From assembly GCA_050273025.1 (NCBI GenBank), contig CP158636.1:682001-746000 (forward strand): a DNA stretch of 64,000 nucleotides, in the 5' to 3' direction. The stretch is from Cenococcum geophilum (taxonomy: Eukaryota). A model generated the notes under the pieces. That model saw only the letters and a program-made list of their open reading frames with translations, was not told where the DNA came from and made no database searches. A program made the position numbers and the translations under genes. This document shows positions 42,307 through 54,246 of the stretch, in pieces (within the stretch, counting starts at the first letter, position 1; each line of letters starts with the position of its first letter).

Positions 42307-45300
42307 TGTTATAGTGCTGCAATGAAGTAGACTAAATAACTACGTTGTAGTATAAAGAGGGGAAGAAGGTGGAAAGGGGGTATTGTATATAAATAGTAGG
42401 GCCAGCCGCCAAGTCGCTAGTGGTGGGCTAGCCAATAGTAGGGAACAGTACGAGACAGTATGAAACAGTATGCGTTAGGTCAGTGCCGTGACAGTACTCC
42501 TCTCCCCTAGATGGTTTAGTCCCCAAACTAAATAGATAACTTAAAAATAGGCAGTATATAAGGTTGTCTATTTTCTACCGCAAAGATATTAGTTCCGCTT
42601 ACCGCCCTTAACTAAGCTAATGGCGATTTTCCATACCGGGCATAGAAAATCCTAATTGGTTAGTTTAGTGAGTAAGGTTAGCAGAACTCCACACCGCCAC
42701 CTAAATCGGTCCGTGTGGCGTTTCTTAGCAAGAATTTAGCTAATTAGATAACTTTAACCGCTAGTCAAAGTTCTATAACATCTTAACCACCACAAATTTT
42801 AATGCGGTGGTTGGCCGTGACCTTAGCGTGACTTTTCCTTATCTTATACCCAGTCTGGGGGTCCTAGCTTCTTAGGGTGTTGCTTATAAAAGCGCTATAT
42901 AGCTTATTCGCAACCCTTTAGGTCTTCCTTTAGCTGCTAGGTTATATCCTTATAATATTTCCATTTAATCTCATAAGTTAGGCCCTAGGGGTCTTTATTA
43001 TGTATATTAAGGATTTTCTTAAACTCCTATTTATCTTCTATATTGCCGTCATTATCTCTCTCTACCACTCGTCCTTATACATTACGGCGCTTTATAGTAT
43101 TAATATTTGCTTAGCCAGGGATCTCTTTAGTAGCCTAGAGGCGGACCTTAAATGTATAAAAGGATTTATTTACTTAAATATAGTCCGGGAGGTTTACTAC
43201 AACTACCCCTTAGTATACTGCGAGTACGGGGTACAGGCCATCCCATTTATCGTCCCATTTCTTCTTAAGTCTATTTATTTTTATATTTTCTAAGCTAACT
43301 ATAACTATATCACCTTCGTAGAATAACGCGCTCTTATCCCTATAAGTATTAGTATTATCTTTATAGCGTTGCTATAAAATCTAAGCTAGGGCCTTAAGCT
43401 GTGTTAATATCTGCTTAAAGCGGTTGGCTATAGAGTCTACGCGGAAGAACTTCTTCTTTGCTTATACTAATAGTATTAGTAGGTAGGGGCCAGCAGGCTC
43501 AATTCCGAGGTAAGAGTTAAAGCTATAGTTTGCAAAAAACGGGGAGATGCCTATGCTTTTATTGACTTGGTTATTTATAGCAAACTTAGTAAGCGGTAGG
43601 TAGTTAACCCAGTTGTCCTATATAAAGCTAATAAAAGCATAAAGGTATTTATTTACGGCGGCGTTAATAATTTTGGTTTAGCCGTCCGTTTTTGGGTACT
43701 AGGCTAAGCTTAGTCGCAAGGTTATCTTAAGGCGTTTACTTAGTCGTTGCTAGAAGTTGCTAATAAATTATATACTGTAATTGGAGATAATTGTGCTTAG
43801 TGCACCGTGGAGCTTATATATATTATTAATAAAGCTATTAACTAACTCCTCTGTTAAGAGTCCTGTTACTAAAACGAGGTATTATATTTTAGTTAGGCAG
43901 TCTATAATAATAAGGATATATTTATATACCTTGCCGTAGCGTTAGTATACTAGCAGCGTTATAATATAGTTAATTAAGATATTGGTTTACGGGCGGGCGG
44001 GTAATTTTAGTAGCTTTAGGAAACTAGGTAGGGTAGAATAGGGGGTCTTAGTGCGAAAGTATAGGGCATAGTTTTTAATAAAGGTAGCCGTAAACTGGGA
44101 GATTCCTAGCCACCAGTATGTTTGGTTTAAGAGGTTAAGAGTCTTAACCCGGCTAGGGTAACTAGCGGGGCCGCTACTATAAGAGCGATGGGTAACTTCT
44201 AGGTAAAGGTTTAGAGTGTTAGGGACAAAGAGACGTTAGCGGAAGTAGATCTGTCTATTAATAATACTATATTCTAACTTATTACAACGGAGTAATTTCT
44301 TAATTTTCTTTAGCTAATGGCGAGCTTTCCAATTACGCAGGGCTGCTACTATATCTCTTGCGAGTTTGTTCTCCTGGTATCCTAGCCGGATTAACTCGTC
44401 TAGTGACTTTTTGGCTATTTTGGGGTCTAGAGCAGCTATAAACTCTGCGTTGTTAGAGTTATAGGACTTGTATAGTAATTCTTCTAAGATTATAGGGTTA
44501 ACTTTCTAGGGCGGTATAATGACTTAGGCTTAGTAGCGGAGGCGTTTATTATTAGCGTTCTTGGGCCTTATTCCTAGTAGCCAGCTTAGGGCGTTAGGGA
44601 GCGTGGCTTTGCTGCTAGGTCTATATATAATTATAAAGTTAAACTATAAAAGAAACTCTGCCTACCGGACTTGGCGCTAGTTTAGCTGCTTAGTAGTTAT
44701 AAACGTCTATAGGTTCTTATAGTTAGTAATAATTTTAAATAGCTCCTTAGTCCCTTATAGCTTAGGACGCTATTTCTCTAAAGCCTTAATAATAGCTAGG
44801 AGTTCTTTATTATAGATCTCGTAGTTATATTCCAACGCGGAGTGCTTTACGGAGAAGAATACGACTAGTCTTAATTTTCCGTCATCGTTGTACTAGGAAA
44901 GGACTCCGCCAAAAGCCTAATTTAATGCGTCTGTCTCTACTACTGTTTTCTTTATATAGTTATAGTATGCTAGTACTAGTGCTAAAGTAAAGGCTCCCTT
45001 AAGGGCCTTAAACAATTTGGCTTGTTCTGGTCCCTATAGCCATCCGATATCCTTCTTTAGAAGTTTTATTATAGGTATAGCGATAGCAGAGTAGCCTTAG
45101 ATAAATCGTTAGTAGAAGTTCGCGAAGCCGAGAAATTGTTATAGTTCTTTAATTAATATTGGGTCCTTCTATTCCTATAAGGCCTATATCTTCTTAGGGT
45201 CCATAGTTATACCATTAGTTAAGATAATTAAGCCGAGGTATTTTGTTTTAGTAGAGTAGAACTTAGACTTATTAATATTAATTTAAAGTCCAGTATTGCC

Positions 45301-48300
45301 GAGTCTTTAGATGACTTTATTTATATACTTAGTGTGCTTAGCACATGTTTTAGAAAAGATAAGGACGTCATTAAGGTAGGCAGTATAGTAGTTATTAAGG
45401 GCGTTGTGTAGAATATGGTTAATATAGTTCTAGAATATAGTGGGTGCGTTATAGAGGCTAAATGGTGTAACTAGTATCTTATAGAGTCTGAACCGGGTAA
45501 TAAATGCTATAAGCTACTTATAGCCCTCCGCAATCCAGATCTGGTTAAACACAGTAATTATATTAAGTTTAGTAAAGTACTTGGCGCTATAAAGTGCGTT
45601 AAGTGTCTTGCGGATTAGTGGCAGTAGGTATTGATTCTTAATAGTGACTATGTTTAGGCCTTGGTAGTCGTAGTAAATTCATATACCGCCGCCGGGCTTA
45701 GTAGCGAGGAGGAGTGGTACGGTAGCTAGTGAGGTTGATTTGCGGATAAAACCCTTATCTAGCATCTTATTAATCCACTTCTTTATATACCTAAGTTTAG
45801 CAGGTAAGAGTGGTCTATTTTTATAGTACGGGGCCTAGTTTCTAGGGGTGATCTTAATTTTATAGTCCCATAGTCGGTAAGGGGGCAGCTTATCTACGTT
45901 TTTAGGGAGGAAGTACTTAATATGTTTATTAAACTCCTTTAGTAGGCGTTGTAGAATATCTTCGCGGGTTAATCCTGGTTTGCTTTTTAGGAATTTTTTA
46001 ATATTAGTATTAACTATCTTCCGACGTAAAAGCTCGGGTTTAGTTTTTAGATTTATTTTAAGGAAGTTATAGAAATAGGGGGGGAGCGCTTTACGGGCTT
46101 CCTTTATTATATAGTTACCTTCTACTAGCTAGCGGAAAGATCTTTCTAATAGGTTTAGTACTTCTATTAGGCCTATAGGCAGCTCTTTAAGCAGCTATTA
46201 GTGCTTATCTTATTTAACTAGTTCTACTAGCTCCGCTATATAGATCCTTATTACCTTTACGTCTTTTTGTTTATAAAACTAGGTAAAATTAATAGCACAG
46301 GTGTATTTAATATCGTCTAGGTTGGGGCGTGTCTAGCTCTTTAGTACTATAGCTGGGCTAGCATAGCTTGGTTGGCCTAGGGGGGCGAAAACGAGGCGGT
46401 AGCCCTATATGGTACACGCGGGAGATGGGTATAAGGTTAGGCGTTACGGTGGCGCGGTTTCTATTATCTGGGTCTCGGTAATTCCATAGCTAGTCCTTGC
46501 TATAACGCGAGCTGTAGTGTGCGTATATAGCATATGGCTTAGTTCTAGGTATTGGGCTAGGCGGCTGGGGTTTAAATAGTGCCTAGGTTGGGGTTGGTTT
46601 CTTAGTAGTAGTGGCGCGAAGCGGACCTTTTTCCTTAGTCTTAGTAGGGCTAGCTGGCCCGTTGTTTTGGTCTTAAGTGCTAGGTTAGTCCAGTCTTCTA
46701 CTATCTTATTTCTTTGCAGCTATATAGGCTCCCCTTTATCAGGAACGTCTTCTACTGTTAGGGCTTTATATATAGTCCTAGGCACTAGGCTTAGTAGTGC
46801 TAAGTATTTATATAGGGCGTCCCTACTAACGTCGGCTATCCCCTATAGGAGGTAGTGCCTAGAGTAGTAGTCTAAGTTAAAGCGGATCTTAAGTTTCCTA
46901 AAGCTAGGACGGGGCTTATGCTTCTAAAGCTAGGGCATACCTAGAATAATTAGGGTAGCGGGCGAGAGTTTGGTAACGAAAAAGAGCATGGCTTTAGTAT
47001 AGAGGCCGATTGACATTTAGGTGGTAAAGTAGTCTGTAATAAGCGAAGTTAGGATGCCGTTTACGAGGCGTAGTGGCCTAGGTGCTAGCAGCTTCTTAGT
47101 TATAACGTTATACTTTCTTACGATAGACTCTACGTCGGCAAATGCCATTGCGGTACTACTAAAGTCTACTAGGCTTACTGTATTGATATAAACTTAGGGG
47201 TATAGGTTACGTAATAAGGAGAGTTGGGTTTAAATAAGGATTGATTTCTTGTTACTATTTGCTGATTTAAGATTAAGTAGTAGTTTACTAATAGAAAGGA
47301 TTGATTAATTTAGTAATAGGGACCTAATCTTCTCGTCTTCCTCCTTATATAGTTTAGACCCTTAGGCGCGACTTAGTCTAAGGGTCTGCCTTTTAACAAC
47401 TAGGGTATAGGGCTGTCTTAGCGGGGCGGTCTAGTGTCCGTCTAGCTAGCGGTATCTATCTCTGTTTTGGTTGGGGTATAGGAAAATAATACCTCACCGA
47501 TAACGTGGCTGTGTTCGTATTCGCTAGCGCGAAGTCGCTAATACTAGGCGTTGTTAACGGGTTAGGCTCCTATATAGGGTATAGTTTAGAATAACTAAGC
47601 CGTAGGGTTAAAGGGGGGGGGTCGTCTACCGCGGCTATAATAGGCTCCGCGGTCACCGCGTTTATAATAGACTCTACAGTCGCCGCGTCCGCGGTTATTT
47701 ATTTGCGTCATTTAATAGGGTGGCATTAGGACTGGGTTTGCTATCTTAGTAGGGTTATAGGCATCCTTTTAGTGGCCGGGTAGGCCATAGGTAAGGCATA
47801 GTCTATTATTAACGCGGCGCTTACGCTCCGTGTCTAAGATTCTATTAAGGTCTATAGGTTCTCTAGTCACTACTAGGGTTAGGGTTAATATAGGGGCAGG
47901 GGCTTAGGCAGGTAGGCGGTGGTTAGCGTTCTTCTTAAGGTTGGCTTGGTGTGTATAGTTTACGAGGTTCTTAGCAAACACATCCATCTGCTTACTCCAA
48001 CCTATATAGTCGCTATTATTAATTTTATAGGCCAGTCTAAGTACCAGCTCTTCCATCTTCGGAGAGATAAACTTTTAGAGTAGGTCCACCTTCTGTTTAT
48101 CTATCTTCTTAGCGCGGACCATTAGCTTATCAAGCTCTCCCTTCTAGGACCAGTAATTATGCTCGCCTTAGGGGAAATGGTTAAGCTTATTTTTTGCGAC
48201 CTAGGTTATATTAAGGACCTCGTAGTAGGCAGTAAGGTCTTTAAGCATATTTTCCTTAGTAGGCCATTTCCACGCAGATATATTATTTAGGTTCTCGTGT

Positions 48301-49221
48301 ATAAGCTCTAGGCCTTGCTTAATAAACTTATAGGCCTTATCCTCTAGCATATTTAAGATGTAAAGGATCTGGGACTAAACTATATTAAAGTAGTCCTAGT
48401 CCCGGTTAAAGACTCCCTTAATCTTAATATGCTAGGTCTTAAAATTAGCTTATCATTCTAGCGGGGTGCCTTTTCCGCTAAATATTGGCGGGTCTTTAGA
48501 TCTCTGTTTTTTCTGCTAGGTTACTACCGTTGTTATAGGGGTTAATTGTTTTAGAACGGTAATAATCTCTACCTAGGAGTTAATAGTTCCTATCTAAGAA
48601 GCGATAAGGGCACTAAGGTTTTCGTTGGCTTTTTTATTAGCGGTGTTTGTGTTATATATACACTATAGTCCTACTTTAATATTATTAAGGAACTTATTGG
48701 TATAGTTAACAAGGGTAAGGTAAGCTTTGCTAGGCTTAAAGGTCTTAGGGTACGGTAGGGAGCGGCGGATTATCCACGCGATATTAGGGTATATCTCTAT
48801 AAATAGGTCTACGAAAACGTCACAGGGGTTCTAGGTTTCGGCCATTTCAGCGTCATTAGTGTCGCCTATCTAGGCGCTAGGTAAAAACTAAGGATTATTC
48901 TAGGACTGTGCTAGGGATATGTTAGTTTTAGTAGAGGCGCGCGTAGGTCGCGATTGCTCTGGGGCGGAGGTTAATTGGCTAGGGTATAGGGAATTAGTGA
49001 TCGCGACGGGGCGTAAATTAAAGATACCACAAACTGTTATAGTGCTGTAATAAAGTAGACTGAATAACTACGTTATAGTATAAAGAGGGGAAGAAGGTGG
49101 AAAGGGGGTATTGTATATAAATAGTAGGGCCGGCCGCTAAGTCGCTAGTGGTAGGCCAGCTAACAGTAGGGAACAGTACGAGACAGTATGAAACAGTATG
49201 CGTTAGGTCAGTGCCGTAACA
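42307..49221 (-). mobile_element. Ty3/Gypsy chromovirus G, full length, inserted in D3 pol
   Basis: 187-bp LTRs 42307-42493 and 49035-49221; TSD ACTAC; polypurine tract (gtactcctctcccc on plus); gag ~47760-48850, protease ~47170, RT ~45250-45880, integrase ~43500-44230, chromodomain-like ~42880-43030. Confidence 0.93.
42625..42772. promoter_or_regulatory. Double-palindrome module in the Gypsy G 3' UTR, shared with Copia A/B
   Basis: GATTTTCCATACC-G-GGCATAGAAAATC+ctaattgg and ctaattag+AACTTTAACC-GCT-AGTCAAAGTT; same pair at 1546-1674 in B; function inferred only. Confidence 0.45.
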
Positions 49222-51254
49222 ACTACTATAGAAGGTTTATAGCTTAATAGTTAAAGGATATTAAGCCACTTATAAGATTAATAAAGAAGGAAGAACTATG
49301 GGCATAGGGAAAGAAAAAAAAGGAACTATTTAAAAGAATTAAATAGTTATTTACCTAGGAGCCAGTTCTTAAAATCTATTAACTATAGTTAGAGATAGTA
49401 GTTAAGATAGATATATTAGACTATATACTAAGAGCGTACTTTCTATAGAAATATAAAAATAGATGGCACCTAGTAGTATACTATAGTTAAAAGATAATAC
49501 CACCGGAACTAAACTATAACATCTATAATAAGGAGTTATTAGGTATAGTTACAGTACTAAAGAAACAGAGATTATTCTTATAAGGTATAGAAAAACTATT
49601 TATAGTTAAAACGGATTATAAGAACTTAACGGGGTTCCTAATAACAAAAGAACTTAATTATAGATAGGTTAGATGGGCGGAAATGCTTATAAAATACTAT
49701 TTTAAGATTTAGTATATTAAGGGTATAGAAAATACATAAGCAGACGCTTTAAGTAAAAAGGCTAAACTATAAAATAATAAAAAGCTATTAGAGGCTTTAT
49801 TGCAAAGGGATATAGATAGATTAATTAAATATAATTATCCAAAAATCGCAGTAATATGAGAAGAAAAGATCTATAAATTACTAGAGAGTAATTAGATATA
49901 AAAGATCCTAAATATATAAATAGAGGATCCGGACTTAGAGTAGTATAAAAATTAAAAAGTAATATATATACTAAGATCTATTATAAAGGAGTTTATTAAG
50001 TTATTTTATAAAGGATTAACTTAAGGATATAACGGAGCTATAGGCTTAGTGTTAAGACTTTAAAAGGAGTATATTATTAATGGAATTTAGGGTTTAGTAT
50101 AAAAAATTATAAAGGAATATTTAAATTACTAAAGAAATAAACTAATAAGGCATAAGCCATATAGAGAGCTATAACCTATTAAAATACTAGAGAGACTATA
50201 GGAGGTTATATTATAGGACTTTATTATTAAGTTATTAAAGTTAAGAGATCCTATTACCGGATAAGATTATAATATAATCTTAGTAATAATAGATAAGCTT
50301 ATAAAGTAGGGATACTTTATAGCATACACAGAAGAAATATTAGCGGAAGATGTCGCTAGAATCTATATTAAAGAAGTATTCGTAAGATATAGAGTACTAA
50401 GTAAGATTATATCGGATAGGGATTTAAAATTTATAGTAGTATTTTAGGAAGTGTTCTTAGTAGAGCAAGGAGTTTAAGTAGTAACTTTTACCGTATATTA
50501 TCTACAGATAGATAGTTAAACGGAAAGATTAAATTAGATACTAAAATAGTATCTAAGGTATTATATTAATTATATATAGAATAATTAGGTATTACTATTA
50601 CTAGTTATATAGTTTATATATAATATAACACTATAAGAAGGAATAGGCACGTTACTATTTAAGGCGAATTATGGATATAAGCTAAGGACCTTATTATCGC
50701 CATGTTAAGTAAAGAAGATAAGTAATACAGCTAAGTAAAGAATAAAGAGTTTAATAAATCTTTATGCAGACCTTATAGAAATAGCTAAGGTAGTATAATA
50801 AAGGATAAAAAAGTACTACGATGCTAAGAGATCTAAGGGACTAGATCTTAAGGAGGGAGATAAAGTATAGCTACTATATAAAAATTTCAAGAGTTGACGA
50901 CTAAGTAAGAAGTTAGACTACGTTAGGCTAGGACCTTTTAAAATTATATAAAAAATTTTATTAGTTACATTTAAGTTAAACCTACCAGCTAGGATAAAGA
51001 TCTACCCTATATAGTATATTATAATACTAGAGCCAGTATATAGGAATATTAAGCTATTAGTTTATAAGGCAGACACGTATAGAGGATAAGAGAAAGATAA
51101 ATAGTAAGTTTTAAAGATCGTTAATTATAAGGATATAGACGATAAAACATAGTATAAAGTAAAGTAAATAGGCTACGATAAGATTACCTAAGAGCTACTA
51201 AAGAACCTAAAAAACGCTATAGGAAAGGTATAGGAGTATTGGAAGAGAAAAGGT

Positions 51255-51861
51255 TAGGCAATATTAATAAAGAAGAATTACTAAAGAATGAGTTACCTAA
51301 GGGGGACCTAGGAAGAGCGACTGCCGAACTACTTAAAGTTGTTTCCTTCTCTATTAGAAGAGAATCCGTTCTTTTATTACTAAGTTCCTATAGACCTTAT
51401 TAAATAAGTTTCTACTCCTTTAAATAAACCTTCTTATAGATACGTTTTAAACGCTAAAGATAAGCGTAAGCTAAATGCTAAGCTTTAAGAATATATACGG
51501 ACTCTTTTAAGGCATGTTAGACCGTAAGTAGCGCTAAGGATAGCTTACCATTAAGCTTTATAGCGGCAGATTAAATATAAGACCCTATAATAAATTACTT
51601 AGGAAACTTAGAGACTATTAAGAGTTATAAGACACGCACACTTAGCGTTAGAAATTAAGTAAACATCGTAAGACAATTAAACGTTTGCTTTAGTACACTC
51701 TATATAAAAAGAGGGCTTAAAGGACTCGCCAACGCAATATAGACTAACCCCTCTTTCGCACAATAAGAATATGGAGATGGTATTACTTTACTAAGTAATA
51801 GTATAAAAGAGACTGTACGTATATAACAAAGAGTTAAAGAAGAAGAAGGTGCTTTAGGTAT
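51255..51861 (-). pseudogene. Antisense Cys-rich accessory ORF relic of D3
   Basis: (M)PKAPSSSL...PSPYSYCAKEGLVYIALASP; same position as in D1 and D2. Confidence 0.55.
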
Positions 51862-52734
51862 TATAAGTAATAATATTAACTAAATTAATTAGACGGATAT
51901 TATACCTCTAGTAAATAACTTAGAGATGCTAGGTATCTTTAAGGATAAAGATAAAAAGGAGGGAGATAGTATTACAAACGCTTTAAGTATAATGTTATGA
52001 CTACTTAGAGAGGAGTTAGAAAAAGCTAGTTGGTTAATATAAGTACAGTCTAGGATAAAACCTATAGAACTATATAACGAGGAATAATAAGCAGAGTTAC
52101 GTAATATAATCTGTGTAATCTATATAATCTATAAAATCTATAATAGAGCGAACAGAGTAAATAGAGTAGATAGAGTAACAACTTTCTTAGGAGTACGGTT
52201 GTGTATTTAAGGACCCTTAGTTCCTACCTAGATAGTTCCTTCCTTATAGTAATTCTTAGAATACAATTAGAGTTAATCTATTAGGCAACTACTCCACTAG
52301 TTATTATTATGTTGTTAACTTACTTGCAATACCTATATACCTAGCCTATTAACGAGTCTACTATAGTTTTTACTACAAGACTTCGTTATAGGATGCCCTA
52401 TAGAAAGACCCTTATAGACAGCTATAGTAAGCTTAAGACTAGGATAATTAAGAATTAAACTTAACGCGGTAAATATAACATTTGCAGCCAACTCTTAAAG
52501 GGTATATAGCTAACTAGTAAGAATAGGGGAAGAACTGGAGATAATAACAAATTTAGATATAAAAGCGCTAGTAGGAATATAAGATACGGGAATAAAAAGC
52601 TCTATATAAAATAAGTAGTAACTAGGGTGCAGATATAAGAGATAGAAGTTCTAAATGTCCTAGAGAAAGTAAAAATAAAAGAAGTAAGAAATAAAGAAGA
52701 GGCAAAGGACCCTTGCTAGGGGTCCGCCACCTAT

Positions 52735-54246
52735 CTATTATATAGTATAACTGCGGCAATATAAACCACTATTTTGTAAGGCCCTTACTAAACAGTCTAG
52801 ACTTAGAGAAATACTATATCCTTACTATATAAGAGCCGTATTATAATGCCTATATATAATTAATATACTACCCCTAAGGATTCCAGCTCCTATATAAATT
52901 AAAAGCAGCTATACGCGTATACTTTATAATTAGTAAGGCTATTAGCCTATCCTTATAGTTATAGTAGGCAGTTAACCTAGATATTATAGTAATAACAATC
53001 TAAACATATAGGGGACCGGTATAGATTATTAATGTGTATAACCCTAGGGTTAAAGGGGTCCTATAAATAGAGAATATTATATTAGTAATAAGTTTACTAA
53101 AAACTAAAGGTATAGAGTTTATCCTATTAGGAGATATAAACCTCTACTACCTATAGTAGGGGGGTATCTATATTACTGCTAAACAATAGGTAGAGTGCCT
53201 ATTAAGAGCTATAAACACTGGGGGCCTTAAGCTAGCTACCCCCCTAGGAGTAATTATATAGTAATAAGGCACCGCTAGAAGTATAATTAACCTTATATTT
53301 ATAGACAAAGGCCTATACTAAAGACTTAAAAGGTATAAACCTAAAGAAGAATAGGCACTTGCTTTAGACCATATCCCTATCTAGATATAGCTAGATCTAG
53401 ATATTAAGGCGTAACTAAATAGTAAAAGATATATAATAAGAAAGCTTAAGATAGACAGCTTCCTTAATATAGTTAAATAATAATTTTAAGACCTAGAAGA
53501 AATCCACCTAATACTAAACAAGCGAGGCTTATTGGCTACCCCTAAAGAAATTAACTAAAGACTAGAAAGGATTTAGGTAGCAATTAAAAATAGGCTAAAA
53601 GAGTACTGCCCGGTCTTAAAACTAGGCCCCTATACGCGATATATATAGTCTATATAATATATAATTCTTATTACTAGCTAATAACGAGTAAGAAGAAAAT
53701 ATATAAGTAGCTATAATTTTAAAGATAAAAGATAATATAAAGACATAAGAAACCAGCTAAAGAATACCCTAAAAAAAGAAGTAAGGAATAGCTGGAGACG
53801 GTTTATAAATAAGCATACTATTAACCTAAGCCTCCCCTATAATAAAGGTCTTTAGAAAATAGCAAAATAGGTAAAGAAAAAGGTGGGATATCTAGTAGAA
53901 GACCTATACCTTCCGCCCCTACAAAGACTAGGTAAATTACTAGCTATAAGCAATAATAATAAGAAGGCAAAGATCCTTATAAAAAGATTTTCCCCTTAAC
54001 TAGCTTTAGTAGACTTTAGTAATATTATAGGCAAAGCACCGGTAACTTGCCTAAGGGTTAATAGTAATATAATAACTAAAGAAATAGCTAGAACTATTAG
54101 CCGCCTTTTAAATAATATAGTATTAGGACTAGATAGGATCCTAAATAAAGCCCTAAAGACCTACGGACTATTAATAGTACCTTAGCTTACGGATGTAGCT
54201 AGAGTATACTTTATAATAGGCTACTACCCAAGACTTAGAAGAGCTA
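52735..54246 (+). pseudogene. LINE ORF2 relic: AP endonuclease and start of RT
   Basis: RIP-altered motifs YYILTI*EP (DILAIQEP), GDINLYYL**GG (GDxNLHHPxWGG), LDHIPI (SDHxPI), GLDRILNKALK (PGPDGIPNxxLK). Confidence 0.85.

Larger units (their letters stand above)
31560..52390 (+). mobile_element. Ty3/Gypsy chromovirus D3, interrupted by E and G
   Basis: 421-bp LTRs 31560-31980 and 51970-52390; TSD GGGTG/GGATG (one transition); gag ATG at 32021; own segments 31560-33375, 39294-42306, 49227-52390 collinear with D1. Confidence 0.93.

Noticed and set aside
7892..46855. Other short ORFs in the supplied track as host genes
   Set aside because: All lie inside TE relics and are mostly antisense or off-frame with RIP-biased I/L/Y/S composition; 23059-23274 is just an integrase fragment of D2.
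49018..49034. tRNA-iMet primer site of Gypsy G (TGGTATC on minus)
   Set aside because: Only 7 nt match, 5 nt away from the LTR; too weak to call.
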